Positions 29,486 to 37,663 of a stretch of 64,000 nucleotides of DNA are shown here, piece by piece (position 1 is the stretch's first letter; every line of letters begins with the position of its first letter). The notes under the pieces are model-generated. The model was not told the origin of the DNA, did no database searches, and worked only from the letters and a program-made list of their open reading frames with translations. The stretch lies in contig JAQXIY010000102.1 in assembly GCA_029008035.1 (NCBI GenBank), positions 30,158-94,157 of the forward strand, written 5' to 3'. This DNA is from Lachnospiraceae bacterium (GTDB taxonomy: Bacteria > Bacillota > Clostridia > Lachnospirales > Lachnospiraceae). The position numbers were made by a program, and so were the translations under genes.

Positions 29486-30763
29486 ATGTTGCAATATGTG
29501 AACAATGTGATTTTTGAATGGTTGATAGTTTGCGCTGCAAAATGGTTTCTTGGAATGGAAATGCACAGAGAAAGGACGAGAGTTTTTTTGGCAATATGCT
29601 TAGCCTCGTTCGCGACAATGATTACAAAATTTTCCACTGATCAAAATATTATAATGATTACGATTTTTCTCACATCGTTTATTATTTTATTTGTTTTATG
29701 TATAGAGCGGAGAAATATCGTTATATATTTTCTGGCATTATTTTTGTCCATAAGTATTTTGGTACAAATGGCAAAAGTTTTGGTTATGACATTTGACAGC
29801 ATGATTGGGAAGAAATCATGTTACGAGTCTGCTGAATTCTTTGCGCTTGGCCTGCTGGTTATTGGAAGTTTCCTTTTATCAAGATTACTAAAACCAAGAA
29901 CTGGTATGAAAAAATTATCAATCCAATACCATATATTAACTAGTTTTATTATTATCATTGATTGTTTATGCATAACACTTCTTGGTGATTTTGTCACTAA
30001 CGAGTTAGTTGCAGAACGAAAATGGATCATCGAACTGGCCTACATCTTCACCGTCCTCGGCGTATTCGTCCAACTTGGCCTTCTCGTTGCTATGATTCTA
30101 TCCCGCGACGAACATAAGGAGAAAGAAGCACTCAATGCCAAGTATTTGGAGGAACAAGTATCCCATTATGAATACTTGGAAAATCGTGAGCAGGAAACCC
30201 GAAAATTCCGCCACGATATGAACAACCATTTGACAATTTTGAGAAGTCTGTATGATGCCGGCAAAACGGACGAATTTGAAGAATACTTTGACACCATTAG
30301 CAATCGAATCACCAGTTTTGGAAATCAAATTAGTGTGGGGAATAATACGGCGGATGCCATTATTAACCAATATGCCGGAGAGGCAGAACGGACCGGAATT
30401 ACATTAAATGTAGAGGGGCATTTCCCACCGGAGTGTCATATTGCCGCTGTGGATATCTGTACTATTTTTTCAAACCTGCTCAGCAATGCTATTCGGGCTG
30501 AGAGAGAGGCCGGTGGCAATCAAGTGAAACTTGTTATCCGCAGTCTGGATGATGAAGTGTTCGTAGAAGTTGCTAATGACTATGCTACGGAAGTGAAACG
30601 GAGCGGGAATTGTTTTATTTCTACGAAAGAGGACCGTGCAAACCACGGTCTTGGTTTGCAAAATGTTTATGACTGCGTGGAACGCAATCATGGCGTTATA
30701 CATATCACTACAGACAATCGGCTTTTCGATGTCAAATTAAATTTGAAAAATACGGAGGCATAA
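29486..30763 (+). CDS. AgrC-like membrane sensor histidine kinase (GHKL/HATPase_c_5)
   Basis: About 6 N-terminal TMs; KFRHDMNNH H-box, NLLSNAI N-box, STK..HGLGL G-box. Confidence 0.9.
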   Translation: MLQYVNNVIFEWLIVCAAKWFLGMEMHRERTRVFLAICLASFATMITKFSTDQNIIMITIFLTSFIILFVLCIERRNIVIYFLALFLSISILVQMAKVLVMTFDSMIGKKSCYESAEFFALGLLVIGSFLLSRLLKPRTGMKKLSIQYHILTSFIIIIDCLCITLLGDFVTNELVAERKWIIELAYIFTVLGVFVQLGLLVAMILSRDEHKEKEALNAKYLEEQVSHYEYLENREQETRKFRHDMNNHLTILRSLYDAGKTDEFEEYFDTISNRITSFGNQISVGNNTADAIINQYAGEAERTGITLNVEGHFPPECHIAAVDICTIFSNLLSNAIRAEREAGGNQVKLVIRSLDDEVFVEVANDYATEVKRSGNCFISTKEDRANHGLGLQNVYDCVERNHGVIHITTDNRLFDVKLNLKNTEA

Positions 30764-30764
30764 A

Positions 30765-31466
30765 TTGAAAATAGCAATTGTAGATGATGATATTTTTTGG
30801 AGACAAAAGGCCGAGTATGTGATAGATAGTTTCCTGGGCATTGACGTGCCATCGGTGGATACCTATGCCAATGGGGAGTCTTTTTTGCACGCAGATACAT
30901 TTTATGACTTGGTATTTATGGACATTGAGATGGAGAGGGTTGACGGTCTTTCTGCTTCAAAAACATATAAAGAAAAATATCCGGATGTATATGTGATACT
31001 TTTGACTACTCATACTGAATGGGTCACCAAAGGATATGAGGTGAATGCTTTTCGATATATTTTCAAAGAACATATGAGTCAAAAGATACCGGAGGCATTG
31101 CGGGACTATCAGATGATTGTGGAGAAGGAGCGCACAGTTACGGTAAATGTGGTAGGACTGGGCGAAATGCCGATTCATATCAAAAATATTGTCTACATAA
31201 CAACAGATAGAAGAAACATTAGGATTCATACCAAGACCAAGGACTATATCAGTAGCGCCGGAATGCAGGAGATGGAAGATGAACTTGCTCCATACGGATT
31301 CTTCCGAACTCATAAGTCTTTCTTGGTAAATATATGCGAAGTTGACGCTTTCGACAAGCGCGACATCTGGATGAAAGACAAATCCATTGCCTACATGAGT
31401 AGCAGAAAATACGCGGAGTTTAAAGTGGCGTATTTGGAAGAAAAGATGAAGATGAGTAATGGGTAG
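30765..31466 (+). CDS. LytTR-family response regulator (AgrA-like)
   Basis: IVDDD, FMDIEM, AFRYIFK receiver; FFRTHKSFLVN LytTR motif. Confidence 0.92.
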   Translation: MKIAIVDDDIFWRQKAEYVIDSFLGIDVPSVDTYANGESFLHADTFYDLVFMDIEMERVDGLSASKTYKEKYPDVYVILLTTHTEWVTKGYEVNAFRYIFKEHMSQKIPEALRDYQMIVEKERTVTVNVVGLGEMPIHIKNIVYITTDRRNIRIHTKTKDYISSAGMQEMEDELAPYGFFRTHKSFLVNICEVDAFDKRDIWMKDKSIAYMSSRKYAEFKVAYLEEKMKMSNG

Positions 31467-31495
31467 GTGGAATTGAATTCACATAAATCTTGCGC

Positions 31496-31537
31496 ATATG
31501 CTTTGGGAGGTGTTATAATCTTCCAAAGCATATTTTT
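31496..31537 (+). terminator. Terminator-like hairpin with an extended -10 in its loop
   Basis: ATATGCTTTGGGAG/CTTCCAAAGCATAT arms then TTTT; loop holds TGtTATAAT with TTGCGC 18 bp upstream. Confidence 0.6.
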
Positions 31538-31730
31538 GTCAGTAAATATCTTCTACGCAGTGAGATTCATTCCTGTGTATCTTAAAAGATTTTATCATCA
31601 TTCGAAAATCTATGCTTTTATTCCAAGTAACAAAAATAAAAGCAGGATTTTTGAAAATGGCGAGCTGGCATTGCAATTATTATAAGCGTTCCAAAACTCC
31701 TGCGAAATTGTATTCAGAGGAGGAAGGCTT

Positions 31731-32074
31731 ATGGAAAATGCTATCAGGGAGAGAGACAATTTTCTTTCCCGGATTCTTTCTCAGACGGAGAAAGCGGCCA
31801 AATATGATGAAGCTGCCAAGAAACGAAAGAGACGTTAGAAAATGATTATAATATTCCGATGACAGAAAAGTTTGAAAGTGAGGTGCGTGAAATGTGTAAC
31901 TTAAGCGAAGGTATATTGGAAAAGGGAATCGAGCGTGGATTACAACGTGGACTCGAGCTGATGAATACGCTCTATAGTCGGCTGATTGAGGATGACCGTA
32001 TAGAAGATATGAAACGTGCCACGAAGGACACAGAATTCCAAAGACAGTTGATGAAGGAATATGGAATCCAATAA
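31731..32074 (+). pseudogene. Internally deleted Rpn/PD-(D/E)XK nuclease-transposase-like gene
   Basis: N-terminal ..AKYDEAAKK joined out of frame near 31820 to C-terminal LENDYNIPM..EVREMCNLSEGILEKGIERG..MKEYGI. Confidence 0.65.
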
Positions 32075-32087
32075 TGGACGCAAGTGG

Positions 32088-33578
32088 TTACAAACTTCCC
32101 TCCGTAGCAGGGTTAACTACATACAAATCTGCTCGTGACTGCTGGCGCTGTATTTCCTTATAGCGATTGGAAGAAATCATATAACGGTTCTTCTTGTCAA
32201 AGATGAATACTATCTGCTTGGTAAATATGTCAGAATTAAGGGCCTCGTCAATATAAAGTGAGGCCTTGTATTTTTCCTTTAGGGACCAAATGTCAAGCAA
32301 ACCGATTCCACTGCCACCTTCATCGGTGTGGGTGGATGATTTCTCAAGACCAAAATTCATATAGGTATTAACAGTAAAAGGTATTCCGCTGTCGGCGATT
32401 GCGACAGAGGGGATGCCTTTTAATTTTAACATAGATAATTTGATGATCTTTCCATTGTTATGCTTCGTAGCGATGATAGCGTTCTTTAAAGTATCTGAAA
32501 GTAAGTGGACAAGATCTTCTTCCGGCATACACGGAGTATCTCCCTCAAAGAAATCTTCACGAAAATCAAACTGTAGAGCAATATGGTACTGCGCCGCCTC
32601 CTTTGCTATGTAAGCAATCAGTGCATCTACACCAACGTAACCGGTCTGGGCGATGGGATTAGGCTGAATGCGCTCCTTCGAGAGAAGGATATTTTGACGG
32701 TCGGTGCGAATTGCTTCAATCTGCTCAGATAAGGCGACGCCCTTTTCATGTCGTTTGGCATCGGAAAGAGTAGTGTCCTTGAGATATTCTGCCACAGAAT
32801 CTGCCATAGCATTGACGATGCGATTGTCTTTATGGATGATTCTTCCCATGCGCTCGTTTTCTTTCTCCAATTGGGCTATGTAATTTGCCTGCTCTTGCTG
32901 TGATGCGCGCAATGATTCCACTTCCAGGAGACGCAGTTTTTCACGGTAGGACTTGGTGATTTGTGAACGTAGAAAAATATCATATAAGAAAATGATAATG
33001 ATAGAACCTATCATCAATACCTTTTTGAAAGGTGCTGTTCTGTCGTTGGATAATTGGGCCGAAGTAAAGATGGATATCAATACTAATGAAAAAAGAATGA
33101 CAAATCCCAAGGCGGGATATGAGTTGATGGCATGAAAGAGGTTCCTTGTCCGTGGATTTTTAAAAAGCAAATTTGTAAAAGCTATTGTAATGCAAGATGC
33201 AAGAATTGTAAGTAAATTTATAAATATTTCAGATTTTATATGGCATAAAGGAAAGGTTGCAAGACTAATAATTATAGTTGAAGCGGAAAAAAGTATAAAT
33301 GATAAAGAATATGATAATACAGAATAACCGAGCAACTTGATGGGAGATGCTGGTGACATCAATGTGAGGATTATATGGTACAGTACTAACGGTATAATGT
33401 AAGTTCCAATTTGAAAATAGTCTTTGCATAGTAGTGTTACAACAGAAAGTAAGAGCGAGAACACGATGTGGCTGAGATGGATTGAGAGGGGAGCCTGATT
33501 GTTGTATTGGATTGTTTTGCGAGCGATGTTAAAACAATTAAGATATAGCAACATGCTTTTGAAAAGAGTAATCAACAT
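32088..33578 (-). CDS. Membrane GHKL histidine kinase-like protein
   Basis: Start moved to ATG 33578 after GGGGGGAG; multiple TMs; IIHKDN (H-box-like), LKNAIIA, DSGIPF, GGSGIGL. Confidence 0.8.
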   Translation of the reverse strand: MLITLFKSMLLYLNCFNIARKTIQYNNQAPLSIHLSHIVFSLLLSVVTLLCKDYFQIGTYIIPLVLYHIILTLMSPASPIKLLGYSVLSYSLSFILFSASTIIISLATFPLCHIKSEIFINLLTILASCITIAFTNLLFKNPRTRNLFHAINSYPALGFVILFSLVLISIFTSAQLSNDRTAPFKKVLMIGSIIIIFLYDIFLRSQITKSYREKLRLLEVESLRASQQEQANYIAQLEKENERMGRIIHKDNRIVNAMADSVAEYLKDTTLSDAKRHEKGVALSEQIEAIRTDRQNILLSKERIQPNPIAQTGYVGVDALIAYIAKEAAQYHIALQFDFREDFFEGDTPCMPEEDLVHLLSDTLKNAIIATKHNNGKIIKLSMLKLKGIPSVAIADSGIPFTVNTYMNFGLEKSSTHTDEGGSGIGLLDIWSLKEKYKASLYIDEALNSDIFTKQIVFIFDKKNRYMISSNRYKEIQRQQSRADLYVVNPATEGSL

Positions 33579-33679
33579 AATAAGTAACTCCCCCCTAAAA
33601 TAACTAAATATAATCACCCAAATATAATTAGTTCCAAAAAAGATTTTTAGTAACCTCCTAGATAAAAGGAGGTGAAACA

Positions 33680-33733
33680 ATGGGACTTCTTGATTGGATG
33701 ACTTATGTTTGGTCAGCATTAATGAATAAGTAA
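33680..33733 (+). CDS. Putative 17-aa peptide MGLLDWMTYVWSALMNK
   Basis: Textbook RBS AAAGGAGGTGA with 6-nt gap after AGGAGGT; stop abuts the stop codon of the convergent regulator. Confidence 0.65.
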   Translation: MGLLDWMTYVWSALMNK

Positions 33734-34516
33734 TCACACCTCATTCCTGAATTTGTTTGCGTAGTGGTAAATAAATTCAGTCAATGTAGGTACTCCGCGC
33801 TCATAGTTAATGACGGCAGTGTAGTACCGTAACAGATCCTCTGTGTTTCCTTTTGACCAGGCCCGAGTGATGGCGTTTTGCATTGCCCTTTCTACGCTGG
33901 CAGGCGTTTTGTTATACTTAGCGGCGATTGCTCTGGCCAGGTTTGGTCCGGGCTCGTGTATGGCTAGCAGAATTGCGTCGGTTAAATATTGATAACCGAT
34001 AGCCTTGGGGCTTATGCCAATCAGATCTAATTCACGGTGGATGCGAATGGTAAGCTTGCGGTTGATTTCGGCAGGCGTTTGCGGAGCTGTTGCGACAGAT
34101 GGGGAGTGGGTCTGAATTACATTCCTCATCATACGCAACATTTCAACGGGTTTTTGCCCGGAATAGTCCTGTTCATACTTGGTAATGATAAAGTCTGCCC
34201 CTAATTGTCTGGCAGCCTCCAGAGTGACATTGCTGGTATTCTGCGTGGTAATCAGAATATATGGCATATGCTCTAATGCCATGCTGTGTAATTTGGACAG
34301 GAAGAAAATTCCATTACCTCCGCCCATATGCAGTTCCAAATCCAGAATAATTGCATCGGGCATATGATACTTCACCAGCTCCAAAGCCTCGGTGGCATCA
34401 TTGGTGACACCCACAAGGCGGATGTCATCCACCTTGTCGATATAATTGCGAATCTCTTCGCAGGCGTTATCGTCGTCTTCAATCAATAAAACAGTTAATT
34501 CTTGTTGGTTCTCCAT
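33734..34516 (-). CDS. Spo0A-like response regulator (REC + Spo0A C-terminal domain), paralog
   Basis: IEDDD, ILDLEL receiver; IGISPKAIGYQYLTDAI, ASVERAMQNAITRAW, PTLTEFI. Confidence 0.88.
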   Translation of the reverse strand: MENQQELTVLLIEDDDNACEEIRNYIDKVDDIRLVGVTNDATEALELVKYHMPDAIILDLELHMGGGNGIFFLSKLHSMALEHMPYILITTQNTSNVTLEAARQLGADFIITKYEQDYSGQKPVEMLRMMRNVIQTHSPSVATAPQTPAEINRKLTIRIHRELDLIGISPKAIGYQYLTDAILLAIHEPGPNLARAIAAKYNKTPASVERAMQNAITRAWSKGNTEDLLRYYTAVINYERGVPTLTEFIYHYANKFRNEV

Positions 34517-34725
34517 AAAATTTATACCTCCTCTTAAATCCCATTATAATGCTATCGCAGGTCAAATACAACAAGTTTCAACATAACACAACATTATTTG
34601 CACACAGAATCCAACAGACAAGAGATAGGTATTGAGCTATAATAAGTGCCGTGAAAACACAGATGAAAGCGATTGTATATGTTGGCGTTTGTGTTATAGT
34701 ATATAAAAACTAACAATTATAATCT

Positions 34726-34763
34726 TGTCGACGTTTTTCGACATATTCGACATGCAGGTCGAA
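34726..34763. promoter_or_regulatory. Cluster of Spo0A (0A) boxes
   Basis: TTCGACA (revcomp TGTCGAA) at 34737-34743 and 34746-34752; 6/7 matches TGTCGAC 34726-34732 and GGTCGAA 34757-34763. Confidence 0.75.
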
Positions 34764-34836
34764 ATAAGGTGAAAAGGGTAGAAACAACTTTTTGAGACAT
34801 TTAGGGTGACAATAAAGTAAAAGGGAGTTTGGGAAG

Positions 34837-35592
34837 TTGGAGAAGAAAATCACAGTTGGTGTTGCGGAGGACAATGTAATTGTTTTGGAAATGCTGGTGG
34901 CAGTGATTCGATCAGAGGAACAGTTTGAACTGGTAGGTGAGGCCAGAACAGGCATGGATGCCATCAAATTGGTGCGGGAGAAACAACCGGATGTAATGCT
35001 GCTGGATATGGTGATGCCCCAGGGCGGTGGACTGGATGTAATGGCGGTGGCGAAAGAAGAGAACATCCAAAAGACAAAATTTATCGCCATCAGTGCACTT
35101 GGTGAGGAGCGTGTGGCGCAGGAAGCTATGGCCTATGGGGCGCACTACTTTATCCTCAAACCATTTGAGGCAGACAGTATTATTCGGCGGGTAAAGGCAG
35201 TATGTGAGGAACCAAGGACCATGAAAGTTCGGGATGAGCAGACGGAAGTGGAGCATATCATCACCAAATCGTTGCTCACCTTAGGGGTGCCGGCACAGCT
35301 CAATGGCTATCAATATCTGCGGGAAGCCATTGCTATGGTGGTAATGAATCCCCAGGGGGTGACTGCAATCACCAGACAACTATATCCCGTGATTGCGGAG
35401 CGGCACAATGCCTCCGGGGCAAGTGTCGAGAGGGCGATTCGACATGCCATTGAGGTGTCCTGGAATCGGGGCAGTATGGAAGCTATCAATCGAATGTTTG
35501 GATACACCATCAACAATCAGAAAGGTAAGCCAACCAATTCGGAATATATAGCAATGGTGGCAGACCACATTCGAATGGGATATAACCTTTGA
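34837..35592 (+). CDS. spo0A: Sporulation master regulator Spo0A
   Basis: REC with LDMVMP and LKPF; GVPA..GYQYLREAI, LYP, VERAIRHAIEV.W.RG, FGYT, KGKPTNSE. Confidence 0.88.
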   Translation: MEKKITVGVAEDNVIVLEMLVAVIRSEEQFELVGEARTGMDAIKLVREKQPDVMLLDMVMPQGGGLDVMAVAKEENIQKTKFIAISALGEERVAQEAMAYGAHYFILKPFEADSIIRRVKAVCEEPRTMKVRDEQTEVEHIITKSLLTLGVPAQLNGYQYLREAIAMVVMNPQGVTAITRQLYPVIAERHNASGASVERAIRHAIEVSWNRGSMEAINRMFGYTINNQKGKPTNSEYIAMVADHIRMGYNL

Positions 35593-35721
35593 GTTAGAGG
35601 GGCGGTGTTAGCTGTCCCTCTGATTTTATGTTTCGACGGCAAAGTGATTTTTTGACACCCCTGTGTAAAAGTGGTACAATTCATTCATTCAAATGACGTT
35701 AGCTCCAAGACGGAGGGGAAC

Positions 35722-36183
35722 ATGAGGGAAGAAGACATCTTTGATCGGATTGTGTCAGTGTCATGGCTTGCGTGGTTTCGACCATGGTATCAACGATATC
35801 GAGAAATGTGGTTGTACGCTTTGTTCGGACTTGGCACTTTTTTGATTAATTTTTTTGTATATTCATTCTACACCGAAGTGGTTGACTTAGGGGTTTTGAT
35901 TGCCAATGCCATTGCTTGGGTTTTTGCCACACTGTTTGCATTCTTTACCAACAGACGATGGGTGTTTATATCCCATGCAACCGGTGTTACGGCATTTTTT
36001 TTGCAACTTGGCAGTTTTTGTTTGGGGAGATTTCTTACGCTTTTGGTGGAAGAGTGGATGTTGTACTACCTGATTGAGATGTTGGGGTACCACAATATGA
36101 CGGTGAAGTTTTTCTCGCAGATTATTGTGATTATTCTCAATTATTTAATCAGTAAACTAATTGTTTTTCGGAGAAGGAAATAG
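35722..36183 (+). CDS. GtrA-family membrane protein
   Basis: YALFG.GTFLIN, FAFFTNRRWVF, ILNYLISKLIVF. Confidence 0.88.
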   Translation: MREEDIFDRIVSVSWLAWFRPWYQRYREMWLYALFGLGTFLINFFVYSFYTEVVDLGVLIANAIAWVFATLFAFFTNRRWVFISHATGVTAFFLQLGSFCLGRFLTLLVEEWMLYYLIEMLGYHNMTVKFFSQIIVIILNYLISKLIVFRRRK

Positions 36184-36186
36184 CAT

Positions 36187-37410
36187 ATGACAAGAACAGA
36201 AGCAGAACAAATACTAAGACAGCATAATCAGGAACATGTAATGAGGGGATTTGAGGAATTATCCCCGGAACAGCAGAGTTGTCTGTTGCAGCAGATTGCT
36301 GACTTGAACTGGGAAGAGATTGCTCTGGCAGGGAGTCAGGAAAAGTTCCCGGTGGGAGAATTAGCTCCTCTTGGTGCAGTGGAGATTGCTGAGATTGATC
36401 GCCGTAGAGAAGAGTTTGATGAGGCAGGATATGCTGCTATCCGCCGGGGTAAGGTGGCAGCCTTGTTGCTGGCCGGTGGAATGGGAACACGTCTGGGTTT
36501 GGACAAGCCAAAGGGAGAACTCAATGTGGGCGTGGACAGAGAACTCTACCTCTTCCAGTGTTTGATGAATAATCTTATGGACGTGACGAGACAGGCCGGA
36601 GTCAGTATTCCTCTGTATATTATGACCAGTGAGAAGAACAATGATGAGACGATCAGATTCTTTGAAGAGCATGATTACTTTGGCTATTCAAAGGAAGACG
36701 TGGCATTTTTTGTTCAGGAGATGGCAGCAGCAGTGGACTATGATGGCAAGTTGCTGTTGGAAGAACCGGGACGATTGGCAACCTCTCCTAACGGCAATGG
36801 AGGATGGTTTTCATCTATGAAGAAAGCCGGACTGTTGGAGGATATTCACAGCCGCGGTGTGGAATGGATTAATATTTTTTCTGTGGACAATGTACTGCAG
36901 CGCATCTGCGATCCTACCTTTATCGGTGCTACTATCTTAAGTGGCAAGGTAGGGGGGAGCAAGGTGGTGCGCAAGGTGGATGCCTACGAGAAGATGGGAG
37001 TTCTCTGCTTGGAGGATGGCAGACCTTCCGTGGTGGAATACTATGAGATGAGCAAGGAGATGGCGGAGGCCACAGATGACAGAGGAGAGTTGCTCTATGC
37101 TTTTGGCGTAATCTTAAACTATCTGTTCCGTGTAGATGAGCTGGAGCGTATTGTGGGTAAATATCTTCCTGTCCATGTGGTGGAGAAGAAGATTCCTTAT
37201 ATTACAGAAGATGGCACATATGTGAAGCCGGAAGAACCAAACGGATATAAGTTTGAGACTTTGGTGGTGGATATGATTCGTATGATGGAGAATAATTTGC
37301 CATACGAGGTGGTGCGGGAGAAAGAATTCGCACCAATTAAGAATCTACATGGCGTCGATTCCCTGGACACAGCCAGAGAACTTTTGACCCGGAATGGAGT
37401 ACAACTATGA
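36187..37410 (+). CDS. UDP-N-acetylhexosamine/UDP-glucose pyrophosphorylase (UDPGP type 1 family)
   Basis: LLAGGMGTRLG..PKG, SPNGNGG, SVDN, KFET, EFAPIKN. Confidence 0.9.
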   Translation: MTRTEAEQILRQHNQEHVMRGFEELSPEQQSCLLQQIADLNWEEIALAGSQEKFPVGELAPLGAVEIAEIDRRREEFDEAGYAAIRRGKVAALLLAGGMGTRLGLDKPKGELNVGVDRELYLFQCLMNNLMDVTRQAGVSIPLYIMTSEKNNDETIRFFEEHDYFGYSKEDVAFFVQEMAAAVDYDGKLLLEEPGRLATSPNGNGGWFSSMKKAGLLEDIHSRGVEWINIFSVDNVLQRICDPTFIGATILSGKVGGSKVVRKVDAYEKMGVLCLEDGRPSVVEYYEMSKEMAEATDDRGELLYAFGVILNYLFRVDELERIVGKYLPVHVVEKKIPYITEDGTYVKPEEPNGYKFETLVVDMIRMMENNLPYEVVREKEFAPIKNLHGVDSLDTARELLTRNGVQL

Positions 37411-37604
37411 TGAAGGTGTTTATCTGTCCGAAATGTGGATGGATGCGTACCGTTTCCAGAAGAAAACAGGTGGAATGTTTTAAATGTGATAACAAAGAGA
37501 TGGTGTTGACCAAGTTATCCTTTCTCGATTATTCAGAGATGAATGAACAGCAGAGAGCAGATTATGTGGAAAGCTGGCAATTCTTGCATTCCAAGAACAC
37601 ATAG
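37407..37604 (+). CDS. Small zinc-ribbon protein
   Basis: CPKC...CFKC motifs, 65 aa, overlaps upstream stop. Confidence 0.75.
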   Translation: MMKVFICPKCGWMRTVSRRKQVECFKCDNKEMVLTKLSFLDYSEMNEQQRADYVESWQFLHSKNT

Positions 37605-37663
37605 GCGTCACATATCAGGGTTACAATACTGCCATAGTTGTGCGGGCAGTTTAGGAGGATACT

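Noticed and set aside
33579-33737. 53-aa N-terminal extension of the kinase given in the ORF track
   Set aside because: A good RBS precedes ATG 33578, and the extension overlaps an opposite-strand small ORF with a much stronger RBS
19400-34500. Prophage or ICE interpretation of the accessory island
   Set aside because: No integrase, relaxase, conjugation or virion genes and no flanking att-like direct repeats seen
35596-35621. Sixth copy of the REP-like repeat after spo0A
   Set aside because: Shares only CTGTCCCT and lacks the GCCATT arms; more simply a terminator-like hairpin
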